From the NCBI GenBank assembly GCA_016195715.1, contig JACPZA010000031.1, positions 60,336 through 124,335 of the forward strand: a DNA stretch of 64,000 nt, in the 5' to 3' direction. The translations under genes and the position numbers were made by a program. The notes beneath the pieces were generated by a model. The model did not search any database, was not told where the DNA came from, and was given only the letters and a program-made list of their open reading frames with translations. This DNA comes from Candidatus Daviesbacteria bacterium (lineage in GTDB: Bacteria; Patescibacteriota; Microgenomatia; Daviesbacterales; UBA10151). Below are positions 63,260 to 64,000 of this stretch, one piece after another (the first letter of the stretch is position 1; the number at the start of each line of letters is the position of its first letter).

Positions 63260-64000
63260 ATGCCCAAAAATAAAAATACTCGGCTAACTTTGTTAGTGGT
63301 AGCTTTAGGACTTATAATATTTGTTTTAACTTCCTTTTTTTTCCAATTTAAAAAACCACCTTTTAGTTTCTTATATCCCAAACCTCCATCTAAAGCTGCT
63401 AGCGGTGATATATCTGAGAACTCTTTTAGTTTAGTTTCTTCAAATAATGCTCCGAATATTGGTGATCAAATAGCAGTTTCAATATATGCTAGATCTGATA
63501 CTACTCCGGCTAATTTGTTTATCTCCAAAATCAATTTTTCTGCTGACAAATTACAAGTCACTCATTTAGACGTAAGTGCGGGTTTTCCAGTTTTGTGGCC
63601 AGATAGATTTTATGACAATCAGACTGGAGTAATTTCTATCATCGGTGCAGTCCCAACTCCTGGAATCCAGACTACTAGTACAGATTTACTTCTTGCAGTT
63701 TTAACTATTAATGTAGTGGCTTCTGGTGATGCTAGTATAACTTTTGATCCAAGTTCGGCAATTTTAAATAATATTGATAGTAGTAATATTTTAACTATCA
63801 AAAGAGATTTAACGTTAACAGTCCCCTCTCCAGTGGTAACAACTTCTGATAGTGGTGGTTCATCTGGCGGAGGTGGAGGCGGTGGGGGCGGCGGCGGAGG
63901 AGGTGGGGGTGGAGGTTCTTCCGGTGGCAGTGGGGGTGGAGGCGGTGCGCCAGCCGCTCCTAGAAGAGGTATTGATTTGAATGGTGATGGCCGAGTTAAT
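63260..64000 (+). CDS. Partial CDS (3' end lies outside the window): TM anchor, 'LYPKPPSKAAS' motif, cohesin-like domain, poly-Gly linker, start of a dockerin (DLNGDGRVN)
   Basis: An ATG at 63260 with the frame open to the window end. The cohesin-like core is ..IAVSIYARSD..LQVTHLDVSAG..ASITFDPSSAIL.. A Gly run of more than 30 residues follows, then GIDLNGDGRVN, which matches the first dockerin Ca-binding segment. Confidence 0.5.
   Translation, partial: MPKNKNTRLTLLVVALGLIIFVLTSFFFQFKKPPFSFLYPKPPSKAASGDISENSFSLVSSNNAPNIGDQIAVSIYARSDTTPANLFISKINFSADKLQVTHLDVSAGFPVLWPDRFYDNQTGVISIIGAVPTPGIQTTSTDLLLAVLTINVVASGDASITFDPSSAILNNIDSSNILTIKRDLTLTVPSPVVTTSDSGGSSGGGGGGGGGGGGGGGGGSSGGSGGGGGAPAAPRRGIDLNGDGRVN

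Noticed and set aside
63619-63801. 60-aa minus-strand ORF from the six-frame track
   Set aside because: It lies wholly inside the stronger plus-strand cohesin-domain CDS and has no RBS or motif, so it is spurious.
63840-63945. GGN/GGC-rich simple repeat flagged as a possible non-coding repeat or CRISPR-like element
   Set aside because: It lies in-frame inside the 63260 CDS and encodes a poly-Gly linker between the cohesin-like and dockerin modules. No spacer-repeat periodicity is present.

Overview
Low-GC (~30-35%), gene-dense bacterial window whose gene content suggests a reduced genome of the Patescibacteria/CPR type: rimM is missing between rpsP/KH and trmD, there is no fatty-acid synthesis context around an ACP-like gene, and the TyrRS is archaeal-type. 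All calls rest on motif reading of the six-frame track and manual inspection of the sequence; no searches were run.

Housekeeping blocks:
- gyrA, gyrB, murC-alr-murD-ddl, a holB-like gene, trmD-KH-rpsP-rnc-ACP-like-nusB-rpmF-recG, tyrS, the F1Fo ATP synthase operon atpBEFHAGD with atpC displaced, and a class A PBP.
- A ~16 kb type IV pilus locus (25.8-42.0 kb): pilB-pilT-pilC-pilin-pilD, five tandem paralogous pilins, six minor or pilin-like proteins, a large pilin-anchored tip-like protein, then pilM-pilN-pilO.

Accessory and surface blocks:
- 1-4.1 kb and 63.3-64 kb: modular surface proteins with Fn3 repeats, a Cys-rich repeat module, a bona fide dockerin, cohesin-like domains, PT/Gly linkers and a C-terminal LPPAG+TM anchor. 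Together these look like a cohesin-dockerin surface assembly.
- 6.4-13.8 kb: a sulfatase fused to the same Cys-rich modules, plus two tandem clan GH-A (GH5-like) glycoside hydrolases with Ig-like repeats. The hydrolases share an N-terminal 'LFPKPPSKAAS' motif and pilin-like leaders.

RNA and regulatory elements seen directly in the sequence:
- A tRNA-Tyr(GUA) at 60596-60668 with archaeal/eukaryal identity features (C1:G72, A73, short variable arm).
- A T-box riboswitch leader on the minus strand (about 50290-50624) upstream of a small ORF and the archaeal-type tyrS. Its specifier candidate is UAC, the antiterminator bulge is UGGU, a terminator follows, and a consensus sigma70 promoter precedes it.

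Other notable points:
- A RelE/RHH toxin-antitoxin pair, a short beta-carbonic-anhydrase-like gene and a signal-peptidase-like remnant are inserted between atpD and atpC.
- GC-rich in-frame insertions sit in nfo and gyrA.
- A 3.7 kb GC-elevated block (47.6-51.3 kb) carries hypothetical genes.
- The ACP-like protein lacks the phosphopantetheine serine.

No rRNA, CRISPR array or transposase was seen.
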